A stretch of DNA of 64,000 nt from Lingula anatina (Eukaryota > Animalia > Brachiopoda). Shown piece after piece: positions 43,701-58,700 of the stretch (its first letter is position 1; the number at the start of each line of letters is the position of its first letter). The DNA lies in contig CM120648.1 in NCBI GenBank assembly GCA_051362555.1, positions 2,846,087 through 2,910,086 on the forward strand, in the 5' to 3' direction. The translations under genes and the position numbers were made by a program. The notes under the pieces are model-generated. The model did no database searches and was not told the DNA's origin. It was given only the letters and a program-made list of their open reading frames with translations.

Positions 43701-46700
43701 GACGGCACAGCGTGTGATGATGTAGATGAATGTGCCCTGGCCACAGATGATTGCGCTGAGAACGCCACATGCGCCAACACCGTGGGCAGTTTCACCTGCA
43801 CCTGCCTAGCTGGTTTCACCGGCGACGGCACAGCGTGTGATGATGTAGATGAATGTGCCCTGGCCACAGATGATTGCGCTGAGAACGCCACATGCGCCAA
43901 CACCGTGGGCAGTTTCACCTGCACCTGCCTAGCTGGTTTCACCGGCGACGGCACAGCGTGTGATGATGTAGATGAATGTGCCCTGGCCACAGATGATTGC
44001 GCTGAGAACGCCACATGCGCCAACACCGTGGGCAGTTTCACCTGCACCTGCCTAGCTGGTTTCACCGGCGACGGCACAGCGTGTGATGATGTAGATGAAT
44101 GTGCCCTGGCCACAGATGATTGCGCTGAGAACGCCACATGCGCCAACACCGTGGGCAGTTTCACCTGCACCTGCCTAGCTGGTTTCACCGGCGACGGCAC
44201 AGCGTGTGATGATGTAGATGAATGTGCCCTGGCCACAGATGATTGCGCTGAGAACGCCACATGCGCCAACACCGTGGGCAGTTTCACCTGCACCTGCCTA
44301 GCTGGTTTCACCGGCGACGGCACAGCGTGTGATGATGTAGATGAATGTGCCCTGGCCACAGATGATTGCGCTGAGAACGCCACATGCGCCAACACCGTGG
44401 GCAGTTTCACCTGCACCTGCCTAGCTGGTTTCACCGGCGACGGCACAGCGTGTGATGATGTAGATGAATGTGCCCTGGCCACAGATGATTGCGCTGAGAA
44501 CGCCACATGCGCCAACACCGTGGGCAGTTTCACCTGCACCTGCCTAGCTGGTTTCACCGGCGACGGCACAGCGTGTGATGATGTAGATGAATGTGCCCTG
44601 GCCACAGATGATTGCGCTGAGAACGCCACATGCGCCAACACCGTGGGCAGTTTCACCTGCACCTGCCTAGCTGGTTTCACCGGCGACGGCACAGCGTGTG
44701 ATGATGTAGATGAATGTGCCCTGGCCACAGATGATTGCGCTGAGAACGCCACATGCGCCAACACCGTGGGCAGTTTCACCTGCACCTGCCTAGCTGGTTT
44801 CACCGGCGACGGCACAGCGTGTGATGATGTAGATGAATGTGCCCTGGCCACAGATGATTGCGCTGAGAACGCCACATGCGCCAACACCGTGGGCAGTTTC
44901 ACCTGCACCTGCCTAGCTGGTTTCACCGGCGACGGCACAGCGTGTGATGATGTAGATGAATGTGCCCTGGCCACAGATGATTGCGCTGAGAACGCCACAT
45001 GCGCCAACACCGTGGGCAGTTTCACCTGCACCTGCCTAGCTGGTTTCACCGGCGACGGCACAGCGTGTGATGATGTAGATGAATGTGCCCTGGCCACAGA
45101 TGATTGCGCTGAGAACGCCACATGCGCCAACACCGTGGGCAGTTTCACCTGCACCTGCCTAGCTGGTTTCACCGGCGACGGCACAGCGTGTGATGATGTA
45201 GATGAATGTGCCCTGGCCACAGATGATTGCGCTGAGAACGCCACATGCGCCAACACCGTGGGCAGTTTCACCTGCACCTGCCTAGCTGGTTTCACCGGCG
45301 ACGGCACAGCGTGTGATGATGTAGATGAATGTGCCCTGGCCACAGATGATTGCGCTGAGAACGCCACATGCGCCAACACCGTGGGCAGTTTCACCTGCAC
45401 CTGCCTAGCTGGTTTCACCGGCGACGGCACAGCGTGTGATGATGTAGATGAATGTGCCCTGGCCACAGATGATTGCGCTGAGAACGCCACATGCGCCAAC
45501 ACCGTGGGCAGTTTCACCTGCACCTGCCTAGCTGGTTTCACCGGCGACGGCACAGCGTGTGATGATGTAGATGAATGTGCCCTGGCCACAGATGATTGCG
45601 CTGAGAACGCCACATGCGCCAACACCGTGGGCAGTTTCACCTGCACCTGCCTAGCTGGTTTCACCGGCGACGGCACAGCGTGTGATGATGTAGATGAATG
45701 TGCCCTGGCCACAGATGATTGCGCTGAGAACGCCACATGCGCCAACACCGTGGGCAGTTTCACCTGCACCTGCCTAGCTGGTTTCACCGGCGACGGCACA
45801 GCGTGTGATGATGTAGATGAATGTGCCCTGGCCACAGATGATTGCGCTGAGAACGCCACATGCGCCAACACCGTGGGCAGTTTCACCTGCACCTGCCTAG
45901 CTGGTTTCACCGGCGACGGCACAGCGTGTGATGATGTAGATGAATGTGCCCTGGCCACAGATGATTGCGCTGAGAACGCCACATGCGCCAACACCGTGGG
46001 CAGTTTCACCTGCACCTGCCTAGCTGGTTTCACCGGCGACGGCACAGCGTGTGATGATGTAGATGAATGTGCCCTGGCCACAGATGATTGCGCTGAGAAC
46101 GCCACATGCGCCAACACCGTGGGCAGTTTCACCTGCACCTGCCTAGCTGGTTTCACCGGCGACGGCACAGCGTGTGATGATGTAGATGAATGTGCCCTGG
46201 CCACAGATGATTGCGCTGAGAACGCCACATGCGCCAACACCGTGGGCAGTTTCACCTGCACCTGCCTAGCTGGTTTCACCGGCGACGGCACAGCGTGTGA
46301 TGATGTAGATGAATGTGCCCTGGCCACAGATGATTGCGCTGAGAACGCCACATGCGCCAACACCGTGGGCAGTTTCACCTGCACCTGCCTAGCTGGTTTC
46401 ACCGGCGACGGCACAGCGTGTGATGATGTAGATGAATGTGCCCTGGCCACAGATGATTGCGCTGAGAACGCCACATGCGCCAACACCGTGGGCAGTTTCA
46501 CCTGCACCTGCCTAGCTGGTTTCACCGGCGACGGCACAGCGTGTGATGATGTAGATGAATGTGCCCTGGCCACAGATGATTGCGCTGAGAACGCCACATG
46601 CGCCAACACCGTGGGCAGTTTCACCTGCACCTGCCTAGCTGGTTTCACCGGCGACGGCACAGCGTGTGATGATGTAGATGAATGTGCCCTGGCCACAGAT

Positions 46701-49700
46701 GATTGCGCTGAGAACGCCACATGCGCCAACACCGTGGGCAGTTTCACCTGCACCTGCCTAGCTGGTTTCACCGGCGACGGCACAGCGTGTGATGATGTAG
46801 ATGAATGTGCCCTGGCCACAGATGATTGCGCTGAGAACGCCACATGCGCCAACACCGTGGGCAGTTTCACCTGCACCTGCCTAGCTGGTTTCACCGGCGA
46901 CGGCACAGCGTGTGATGATGTAGATGAATGTGCCCTGGCCACAGATGATTGCGCTGAGAACGCCACATGCGCCAACACCGTGGGCAGTTTCACCTGCACC
47001 TGCCTAGCTGGTTTCACCGGCGACGGCACAGCGTGTGATGATGTAGATGAATGTGCCCTGGCCACAGATGATTGCGCTGAGAACGCCACATGCGCCAACA
47101 CCGTGGGCAGTTTCACCTGCACCTGCCTAGCTGGTTTCACCGGCGACGGCACAGCGTGTGATGATGTAGATGAATGTGCCCTGGCCACAGATGATTGCGC
47201 TGAGAACGCCACATGCGCCAACACCGTGGGCAGTTTCACCTGCACCTGCCTAGCTGGTTTCACCGGCGACGGCACAGCGTGTGATGATGTAGATGAATGT
47301 GCCCTGGCCACAGATGATTGCGCTGAGAACGCCACATGCGCCAACACCGTGGGCAGTTTCACCTGCACCTGCCTAGCTGGTTTCACCGGCGACGGCACAG
47401 CGTGTGATGATGTAGATGAATGTGCCCTGGCCACAGATGATTGCGCTGAGAACGCCACATGCGCCAACACCGTGGGCAGTTTCACCTGCACCTGCCTAGC
47501 TGGTTTCACCGGCGACGGCACAGCGTGTGATGATGTAGATGAATGTGCCCTGGCCACAGATGATTGCGCTGAGAACGCCACATGCGCCAACACCGTGGGC
47601 AGTTTCACCTGCACCTGCCTAGCTGGTTTCACCGGCGACGGCACAGCGTGTGATGATGTAGATGAATGTGCCCTGGCCACAGATGATTGCGCTGAGAACG
47701 CCACATGCGCCAACACCGTGGGCAGTTTCACCTGCACCTGCCTAGCTGGTTTCACCGGCGACGGCACAGCGTGTGATGATGTAGATGAATGTGCCCTGGC
47801 CACAGATGATTGCGCTGAGAACGCCACATGCGCCAACACCGTGGGCAGTTTCACCTGCACCTGCCTAGCTGGTTTCACCGGCGACGGCACAGCGTGTGAT
47901 GATGTAGATGAATGTGCCCTGGCCACAGATGATTGCGCTGAGAACGCCACATGCGCCAACACCGTGGGCAGTTTCACCTGCACCTGCCTAGCTGGTTTCA
48001 CCGGCGACGGCACAGCGTGTGATGATGTAGATGAATGTGCCCTGGCCACAGATGATTGCGCTGAGAACGCCACATGCGCCAACACCGTGGGCAGTTTCAC
48101 CTGCACCTGCCTAGCTGGTTTCACCGGCGACGGCACAGCGTGTGATGATGTAGATGAATGTGCCCTGGCCACAGATGATTGCGCTGAGAACGCCACATGC
48201 GCCAACACCGTGGGCAGTTTCACCTGCACCTGCCTAGCTGGTTTCACCGGCGACGGCACAGCGTGTGATGATGTAGATGAATGTGCCCTGGCCACAGATG
48301 ATTGCGCTGAGAACGCCACATGCGCCAACACCGTGGGCAGTTTCACCTGCACCTGCCTAGCTGGTTTCACCGGCGACGGCACAGCGTGTGATGATGTAGA
48401 TGAATGTGCCCTGGCCACAGATGATTGCGCTGAGAACGCCACATGCGCCAACACCGTGGGCAGTTTCACCTGCACCTGCCTAGCTGGTTTCACCGGCGAC
48501 GGCACAGCGTGTGATGATGTAGATGAATGTGCCCTGGCCACAGATGATTGCGCTGAGAACGCCACATGCGCCAACACCGTGGGCAGTTTCACCTGCACCT
48601 GCCTAGCTGGTTTCACCGGCGACGGCACAGCGTGTGATGATGTAGATGAATGTGCCCTGGCCACAGATGATTGCGCTGAGAACGCCACATGCGCCAACAC
48701 CGTGGGCAGTTTCACCTGCACCTGCCTAGCTGGTTTCACCGGCGACGGCACAGCGTGTGATGATGTAGATGAATGTGCCCTGGCCACAGATGATTGCGCT
48801 GAGAACGCCACATGCGCCAACACCGTGGGCAGTTTCACCTGCACCTGCCTAGCTGGTTTCACCGGCGACGGCACAGCGTGTGATGATGTAGATGAATGTG
48901 CCCTGGCCACAGATGATTGCGCTGAGAACGCCACATGCGCCAACACCGTGGGCAGTTTCACCTGCACCTGCCTAGCTGGTTTCACCGGCGACGGCACAGC
49001 GTGTGATGATGTAGATGAATGTGCCCTGGCCACAGATGATTGCGCTGAGAACGCCACATGCGCCAACACCGTGGGCAGTTTCACCTGCACCTGCCTAGCT
49101 GGTTTCACCGGCGACGGCACAGCGTGTGATGATGTAGATGAATGTGCCCTGGCCACAGATGATTGCGCTGAGAACGCCACATGCGCCAACACCGTGGGCA
49201 GTTTCACCTGCACCTGCCTAGCTGGTTTCACCGGCGACGGCACAGCGTGTGATGATGTAGATGAATGTGCCCTGGCCACAGATGATTGCGCTGAGAACGC
49301 CACATGCGCCAACACCGTGGGCAGTTTCACCTGCACCTGCCTAGCTGGTTTCACCGGCGACGGCACAGCGTGTGATGATGTAGATGAATGTGCCCTGGCC
49401 ACAGATGATTGCGCTGAGAACGCCACATGCGCCAACACCGTGGGCAGTTTCACCTGCACCTGCCTAGCTGGTTTCACCGGCGACGGCACAGCGTGTGATG
49501 ATGTAGATGAATGTGCCCTGGCCACAGATGATTGCGCTGAGAACGCCACATGCGCCAACACCGTGGGCAGTTTCACCTGCACCTGCCTAGCTGGTTTCAC
49601 CGGCGACGGCACAGCGTGTGATGATGTAGATGAATGTGCCCTGGCCACAGATGATTGCGCTGAGAACGCCACATGCGCCAACACCGTGGGCAGTTTCACC

Positions 49701-52700
49701 TGCACCTGCCTAGCTGGTTTCACCGGCGACGGCACAGCGTGTGATGATGTAGATGAATGTGCCCTGGCCACAGATGATTGCGCTGAGAACGCCACATGCG
49801 CCAACACCGTGGGCAGTTTCACCTGCACCTGCCTAGCTGGTTTCACCGGCGACGGCACAGCGTGTGATGATGTAGATGAATGTGCCCTGGCCACAGATGA
49901 TTGCGCTGAGAACGCCACATGCGCCAACACCGTGGGCAGTTTCACCTGCACCTGCCTAGCTGGTTTCACCGGCGACGGCACAGCGTGTGATGATGTAGAT
50001 GAATGTGCCCTGGCCACAGATGATTGCGCTGAGAACGCCACATGCGCCAACACCGTGGGCAGTTTCACCTGCACCTGCCTAGCTGGTTTCACCGGCGACG
50101 GCACAGCGTGTGATGATGTAGATGAATGTGCCCTGGCCACAGATGATTGCGCTGAGAACGCCACATGCGCCAACACCGTGGGCAGTTTCACCTGCACCTG
50201 CCTAGCTGGTTTCACCGGCGACGGCACAGCGTGTGATGATGTAGATGAATGTGCCCTGGCCACAGATGATTGCGCTGAGAACGCCACATGCGCCAACACC
50301 GTGGGCAGTTTCACCTGCACCTGCCTAGCTGGTTTCACCGGCGACGGCACAGCGTGTGATGATGTAGATGAATGTGCCCTGGCCACAGATGATTGCGCTG
50401 AGAACGCCACATGCGCCAACACCGTGGGCAGTTTCACCTGCACCTGCCTAGCTGGTTTCACCGGCGACGGCACAGCGTGTGATGATGTAGATGAATGTGC
50501 CCTGGCCACAGATGATTGCGCTGAGAACGCCACATGCGCCAACACCGTGGGCAGTTTCACCTGCACCTGCCTAGCTGGTTTCACCGGCGACGGCACAGCG
50601 TGTGATGATGTAGATGAATGTGCCCTGGCCACAGATGATTGCGCTGAGAACGCCACATGCGCCAACACCGTGGGCAGTTTCACCTGCACCTGCCTAGCTG
50701 GTTTCACCGGCGACGGCACAGCGTGTGATGATGTAGATGAATGTGCCCTGGCCACAGATGATTGCGCTGAGAACGCCACATGCGCCAACACCGTGGGCAG
50801 TTTCACCTGCACCTGCCTAGCTGGTTTCACCGGCGACGGCACAGCGTGTGATGATGTAGATGAATGTGCCCTGGCCACAGATGATTGCGCTGAGAACGCC
50901 ACATGCGCCAACACCGTGGGCAGTTTCACCTGCACCTGCCTAGCTGGTTTCACCGGCGACGGCACAGCGTGTGATGATGTAGATGAATGTGCCCTGGCCA
51001 CAGATGATTGCGCTGAGAACGCCACATGCGCCAACACCGTGGGCAGTTTCACCTGCACCTGCCTAGCTGGTTTCACCGGCGACGGCACAGCGTGTGATGA
51101 TGTAGATGAATGTGCCCTGGCCACAGATGATTGCGCTGAGAACGCCACATGCGCCAACACCGTGGGCAGTTTCACCTGCACCTGCCTAGCTGGTTTCACC
51201 GGCGACGGCACAGCGTGTGATGATGTAGATGAATGTGCCCTGGCCACAGATGATTGCGCTGAGAACGCCACATGCGCCAACACCGTGGGCAGTTTCACCT
51301 GCACCTGCCTAGCTGGTTTCACCGGCGACGGCACAGCGTGTGATGATGTAGATGAATGTGCCCTGGCCACAGATGATTGCGCTGAGAACGCCACATGCGC
51401 CAACACCGTGGGCAGTTTCACCTGCACCTGCCTAGCTGGTTTCACCGGCGACGGCACAGCGTGTGATGATGTAGATGAATGTGCCCTGGCCACAGATGAT
51501 TGCGCTGAGAACGCCACATGCGCCAACACCGTGGGCAGTTTCACCTGCACCTGCCTAGCTGGTTTCACCGGCGACGGCACAGCGTGTGATGATGTAGATG
51601 AATGTGCCCTGGCCACAGATGATTGCGCTGAGAACGCCACATGCGCCAACACCGTGGGCAGTTTCACCTGCACCTGCCTAGCTGGTTTCACCGGCGACGG
51701 CACAGCGTGTGATGATGTAGATGAATGTGCCCTGGCCACAGATGATTGCGCTGAGAACGCCACATGCGCCAACACCGTGGGCAGTTTCACCTGCACCTGC
51801 CTAGCTGGTTTCACCGGCGACGGCACAGCGTGTGATGATGTAGATGAATGTGCCCTGGCCACAGATGATTGCGCTGAGAACGCCACATGCGCCAACACCG
51901 TGGGCAGTTTCACCTGCACCTGCCTAGCTGGTTTCACCGGCGACGGCACAGCGTGTGATGATGTAGATGAATGTGCCCTGGCCACAGATGATTGCGCTGA
52001 GAACGCCACATGCGCCAACACCGTGGGCAGTTTCACCTGCACCTGCCTAGCTGGTTTCACCGGCGACGGCACAGCGTGTGATGATGTAGATGAATGTGCC
52101 CTGGCCACAGATGATTGCGCTGAGAACGCCACATGCGCCAACACCGTGGGCAGTTTCACCTGCACCTGCCTAGCTGGTTTCACCGGCGACGGCACAGCGT
52201 GTGATGATGTAGAATGAATGTGCCCTGGCCACAGATGATTGCGCTGAGAACGCCACATGCGCCAACACCGTGGGCAGTTTCACCTGCACCTGCCTAGCTG
52301 GTTTCACCGGCGACGGCACAGCGTGTGATGATGTAGATGAATGTGCCCTGGCCACAGATGATTGCGCTAGAGAACGCCACATGCGCCAACACCGTGGGCA
52401 GTTTCACCTGCACCTGCCTAGCTGGTTTCACCGGCGACGGCACAGCGTGTGATGATGTAGATGAATGTGCCCTGGCCACAGATGATTGCGCTGAGAACGC
52501 CACATGCGCCAACACCGTGGGCAGTTTCACCTGCACCTGCCTAGCTGGTTTCACCGGCGACGGCACAGCGTGTGATGATGTAGATGAATGTGCCCTGGCC
52601 ACAGATGATTGCGCTGAGAACGCCACATGCGCCAACACCGTGGGCAGTTTCACCTGCACCTGCCTAGCTGGTTTCACCGGCGACGGCACAGCGTGTGATG

Positions 52701-55700
52701 ATGTAGATGAATGTGCCCTGGCCACAGATGATTGCGCTGAGAACGCCACATGCGCCAACACCGTGGGCAGTTTCACCTGCACCTGCCTAGCTGGTTTCAC
52801 CGGCGACGGCACAGCGTGTGATGATGTAGATGAATGTGCCCTGGCCACAGATGATTGCGCTGAGAACGCCACATGCGCCAACACCGTGGGCAGTTTCACC
52901 TGCACCTGCCTAGCTGGTTTCACCGGCGACGGCACAGCGTGTGATGATGTAGATGAATGTGCCCTGGCCACAGATGATTGCGCTGAGAACGCCACATGCG
53001 CCAACACCGTGGGCAGTTTCACCTGCACCTGCCTAGCTGGTTTCACCGGCGACGGCACAGCGTGTGATGATGTAGATGAATGTGCCCTGGCCACAGATGA
53101 TTGCGCTGAGAACGCCACATGCGCCAACACCGTGGGCAGTTTCACCTGCACCTGCCTAGCTGGTTTCACCGGCGACGGCACAGCGTGTGATGATGTAGAT
53201 GAATGTGCCCTGGCCACAGATGATTGCGCTGAGAACGCCACATGCGCCAACACCGTGGGCAGTTTCACCTGCACCTGCCTAGCTGGTTTCACCGGCGACG
53301 GCACAGCGTGTGATGATGTAGATGAATGTGCCCTGGCCACAGATGATTGCGCTGAGAACGCCACATGCGCCAACACCGTGGGCAGTTTCACCTGCACCTG
53401 CCTAGCTGGTTTCACCGGCGACGGCACAGCGTGTGATGATGTAGATGAATGTGCCCTGGCCACAGATGATTGCGCTGAGAACGCCACATGCGCCAACACC
53501 GTGGGCAGTTTCACCTGCACCTGCCTAGCTGGTTTCACCGGCGACGGCACAGCGTGTGATGATGTAGATGAATGTGCCCTGGCCACAGATGATTGCGCTG
53601 AGAACGCCACATGCGCCAACACCGTGGGCAGTTTCACCTGCACCTGCCTAGCTGGTTTCACCGGCGACGGCACAGCGTGTGATGATGTAGATGAATGTGC
53701 CCTGGCCACAGATGATTGCGCTGAGAACGCCACATGCGCCAACACCGTGGGCAGTTTCACCTGCACCTGCCTAGCTGGTTTCACCGGCGACGGCACAGCG
53801 TGTGATGATGTAGATGAATGTGCCCTGGCCACAGATGATTGCGCTGAGAACGCCACATGCGCCAACACCGTGGGCAGTTTCACCTGCACCTGCCTAGCTG
53901 GTTTCACCGGCGACGGCACAGCGTGTGATGATGTAGATGAATGTGCCCTGGCCACAGATGATTGCGCTGAGAACGCCACATGCGCCAACACCGTGGGCAG
54001 TTTCACCTGCACCTGCCTAGCTGGTTTCACCGGCGACGGCACAGCGTGTGATGATGTAGATGAATGTGCCCTGGCCACAGATGATTGCGCTGAGAACGCC
54101 ACATGCGCCAACACCGTGGGCAGTTTCACCTGCACCTGCCTAGCTGGTTTCACCGGCGACGGCACAGCGTGTGATGATGTAGATGAATGTGCCCTGGCCA
54201 CAGATGATTGCGCTGAGAACGCCACATGCGCCAACACCGTGGGCAGTTTCACCTGCACCTGCCTAGCTGGTTTCACCGGCGACGGCACAGCGTGTGATGA
54301 TGTAGATGAATGTGCCCTGGCCACAGATGATTGCGCTGAGAACGCCACATGCGCCAACACCGTGGGCAGTTTCACCTGCACCTGCCTAGCTGGTTTCACC
54401 GGCGACGGCACAGCGTGTGATGATGTAGATGAATGTGCCCTGGCCACAGATGATTGCGCTGAGAACGCCACATGCGCCAACACCGTGGGCAGTTTCACCT
54501 GCACCTGCCTAGCTGGTTTCACCGGCGACGGCACAGCGTGTGATGATGTAGATGAATGTGCCCTGGCCACAGATGATTGCGCTGAGAACGCCACATGCGC
54601 CAACACCGTGGGCAGTTTCACCTGCACCTGCCTAGCTGGTTTCACCGGCGACGGCACAGCGTGTGATGATGTAGATGAATGTGCCCTGGCCACAGATGAT
54701 TGCGCTGAGAACGCCACATGCGCCAACACCGTGGGCAGTTTCACCTGCACCTGCCTAGCTGGTTTCACCGGCGACGGCACAGCGTGTGATGATGTAGATG
54801 AATGTGCCCTGGCCACAGATGATTGCGCTGAGAACGCCACATGCGCCAACACCGTGGGCAGTTTCACCTGCACCTGCCTAGCTGGTTTCACCGGCGACGG
54901 CACAGCGTGTGATGATGTAGATGAATGTGCCCTGGCCACAGATGATTGCGCTGAGAACGCCACATGCGCCAACACCGTGGGCAGTTTCACCTGCACCTGC
55001 CTAGCTGGTTTCACCGGCGACGGCACAGCGTGTGATGATGTAGATGAATGTGCCCTGGCCACAGATGATTGCGCTGAGAACGCCACATGCGCCAACACCG
55101 TGGGCAGTTTCACCTGCACCTGCCTAGCTGGTTTCACCGGCGACGGCACAGCGTGTGATGATGTAGATGAATGTGCCCTGGCCACAGATGATTGCGCTGA
55201 GAACGCCACATGCGCCAACACCGTGGGCAGTTTCACCTGCACCTGCCTAGCTGGTTTCACCGGCGACGGCACAGCGTGTGATGATGTAGATGAATGTGCC
55301 CTGGCCACAGATGATTGCGCTGAGAACGCCACATGCGCCAACACCGTGGGCAGTTTCACCTGCACCTGCCTAGCTGGTTTCACCGGCGACGGCACAGCGT
55401 GTGATGATGTAGATGAATGTGCCCTGGCCACAGATGATTGCGCTGAGAACGCCACATGCGCCAACACCGTGGGCAGTTTCACCTGCACCTGCCTAGCTGG
55501 TTTCACCGGCGACGGCACAGCGTGTGATGATGTAGATGAATGTGCCCTGGCCACAGATGATTGCGCTGAGAACGCCACATGCGCCAACACCGTGGGCAGT
55601 TTCACCTGCACCTGCCTAGCTGGTTTCACCGGCGACGGCACAGCGTGTGATGATGTAGATGAATGTGCCCTGGCCACAGATGATTGCGCTGAGAACGCCA

Positions 55701-58700
55701 CATGCGCCAACACCGTGGGCAGTTTCACCTGCACCTGCCTAGCTGGTTTCACCGGCGACGGCACAGCGTGTGATGATGTAGATGAATGTGCCCTGGCCAC
55801 AGATGATTGCGCTGAGAACGCCACATGCGCCAACACCGTGGGCAGTTTCACCTGCACCTGCCTAGCTGGTTTCACCGGCGACGGCACAGCGTGTGATGAT
55901 GTAGATGAATGTGCCCTGGCCACAGATGATTGCGCTGAGAACGCCACATGCGCCAACACCGTGGGCAGTTTCACCTGCACCTGCCTAGCTGGTTTCACCG
56001 GCGACGGCACAGCGTGTGATGATGTAGATGAATGTGCCCTGGCCACAGATGATTGCGCTGAGAACGCCACATGCGCCAACACCGTGGGCAGTTTCACCTG
56101 CACCTGCCTAGCTGGTTTCACCGGCGACGGCACAGCGTGTGATGATGTAGATGAATGTGCCCTGGCCACAGATGATTGCGCTGAGAACGCCACATGCGCC
56201 AACACCGTGGGCAGTTTCACCTGCACCTGCCTAGCTGGTTTCACCGGCGACGGCACAGCGTGTGATGATGTAGATGAATGTGCCCTGGCCACAGATGATT
56301 GCGCTGAGAACGCCACATGCGCCAACACCGTGGGCAGTTTCACCTGCACCTGCCTAGCTGGTTTCACCGGCGACGGCACAGCGTGTGATGATGTAGATGA
56401 ATGTGCCCTGGCCACAGATGATTGCGCTGAGAACGCCACATGCGCCAACACCGTGGGCAGTTTCACCTGCACCTGCCTAGCTGGTTTCACCGGCGACGGC
56501 ACAGCGTGTGATGATGTAGATGAATGTGCCCTGGCCACAGATGATTGCGCTGAGAACGCCACATGCGCCAACACCGTGGGCAGTTTCACCTGCACCTGCC
56601 TAGCTGGTTTCACCGGCGACGGCACAGCGTGTGATGATGTAGATGAATGTGCCCTGGCCACAGATGATTGCGCTGAGAACGCCACATGCGCCAACACCGT
56701 GGGCAGTTTCACCTGCACCTGCCTAGCTGGTTTCACCGGCGACGGCACAGCGTGTGATGATGTAGATGAATGTGCCCTGGCCACAGATGATTGCGCTGAG
56801 AACGCCACATGCGCCAACACCGTGGGCAGTTTCACCTGCACCTGCCTAGCTGGTTTCACCGGCGACGGCACAGCGTGTGATGATGTAGATGAATGTGCCC
56901 TGGCCACAGATGATTGCGCTGAGAACGCCACATGCGCCAACACCGTGGGCAGTTTCACCTGCACCTGCCTAGCTGGTTTCACCGGCGACGGCACAGCGTG
57001 TGATGATGTAGATGAATGTGCCCTGGCCACAGATGATTGCGCTGAGAACGCCACATGCGCCAACACCGTGGGCAGTTTCACCTGCACCTGCCTAGCTGGT
57101 TTCACCGGCGACGGCACAGCGTGTGATGATGTAGATGAATGTGCCCTGGCCACAGATGATTGCGCTGAGAACGCCACATGCGCCAACACCGTGGGCAGTT
57201 TCACCTGCACCTGCCTAGCTGGTTTCACCGGCGACGGCACAGCGTGTGATGATGTAGATGAATGTGCCCTGGCCACAGATGATTGCGCTGAGAACGCCAC
57301 ATGCGCCAACACCGTGGGCAGTTTCACCTGCACCTGCCTAGCTGGTTTCACCGGCGACGGCACAGCGTGTGATGATGTAGATGAATGTGCCCTGGCCACA
57401 GATGATTGCGCTGAGAACGCCACATGCGCCAACACCGTGGGCAGTTTCACCTGCACCTGCCTAGCTGGTTTCACCGGCGACGGCACAGCGTGTGATGATG
57501 TAGATGAATGTGCCCTGGCCACAGATGATTGCGCTGAGAACGCCACATGCGCCAACACCGTGGGCAGTTTCACCTGCACCTGCCTAGCTGGTTTCACCGG
57601 CGACGGCACAGCGTGTGATGATGTAGATGAATGTGCCCTGGCCACAGATGATTGCGCTGAGAACGCCACATGCGCCAACACCGTGGGCAGTTTCACCTGC
57701 ACCTGCCTAGCTGGTTTCACCGGCGACGGCACAGCGTGTGATGATGTAGATGAATGTGCCCTGGCCACAGATGATTGCGCTGAGAACGCCACATGCGCCA
57801 ACACCGTGGGCAGTTTCACCTGCACCTGCCTAGCTGGTTTCACCGGCGACGGCACAGCGTGTGATGATGTAGATGAATGTGCCCTGGCCACAGATGATTG
57901 CGCTGAGAACGCCACATGCGCCAACACCGTGGGCAGTTTCACCTGCACCTGCCTAGCTGGTTTCACCGGCGACGGCACAGCGTGTGATGATGTAGATGAA
58001 TGTGCCCTGGCCACAGATGATTGCGCTGAGAACGCCACATGCGCCAACACCGTGGGCAGTTTCACCTGCACCTGCCTAGCTGGTTTCACCGGCGACGGCA
58101 CAGCGTGTGATGATGTAGATGAATGTGCCCTGGCCACAGATGATTGCGCTGAGAACGCCACATGCGCCAACACCGTGGGCAGTTTCACCTGCACCTGCCT
58201 AGCTGGTTTCACCGGCGACGGCACAGCGTGTGATGATGTAGATGAATGTGCCCTGGCCACAGATGATTGCGCTGAGAACGCCACATGCGCCAACACCGTG
58301 GGCAGTTTCACCTGCACCTGCCTAGCTGGTTTCACCGGCGACGGCACAGCGTGTGATGATGTAGATGAATGTGCCCTGGCCACAGATGATTGCGCTGAGA
58401 ACGCCACATGCGCCAACACCGTGGGCAGTTTCACCTGCACCTGCCTAGCTGGTTTCACCGGCGACGGCACAGCGTGTGATGATGTAGATGAATGTGCCCT
58501 GGCCACAGATGATTGCGCTGAGAACGCCACATGCGCCAACACCGTGGGCAGTTTCACCTGCACCTGCCTAGCTGGTTTCACCGGCGACGGCACAGCGTGT
58601 GATGATGTAGATGAATGTGCCCTGGCCACAGATGATTGCGCTGAGAACGCCACATGCGCCAACACCGTGGGCAGTTTCACCTGCACCTGCCTAGCTGGTT

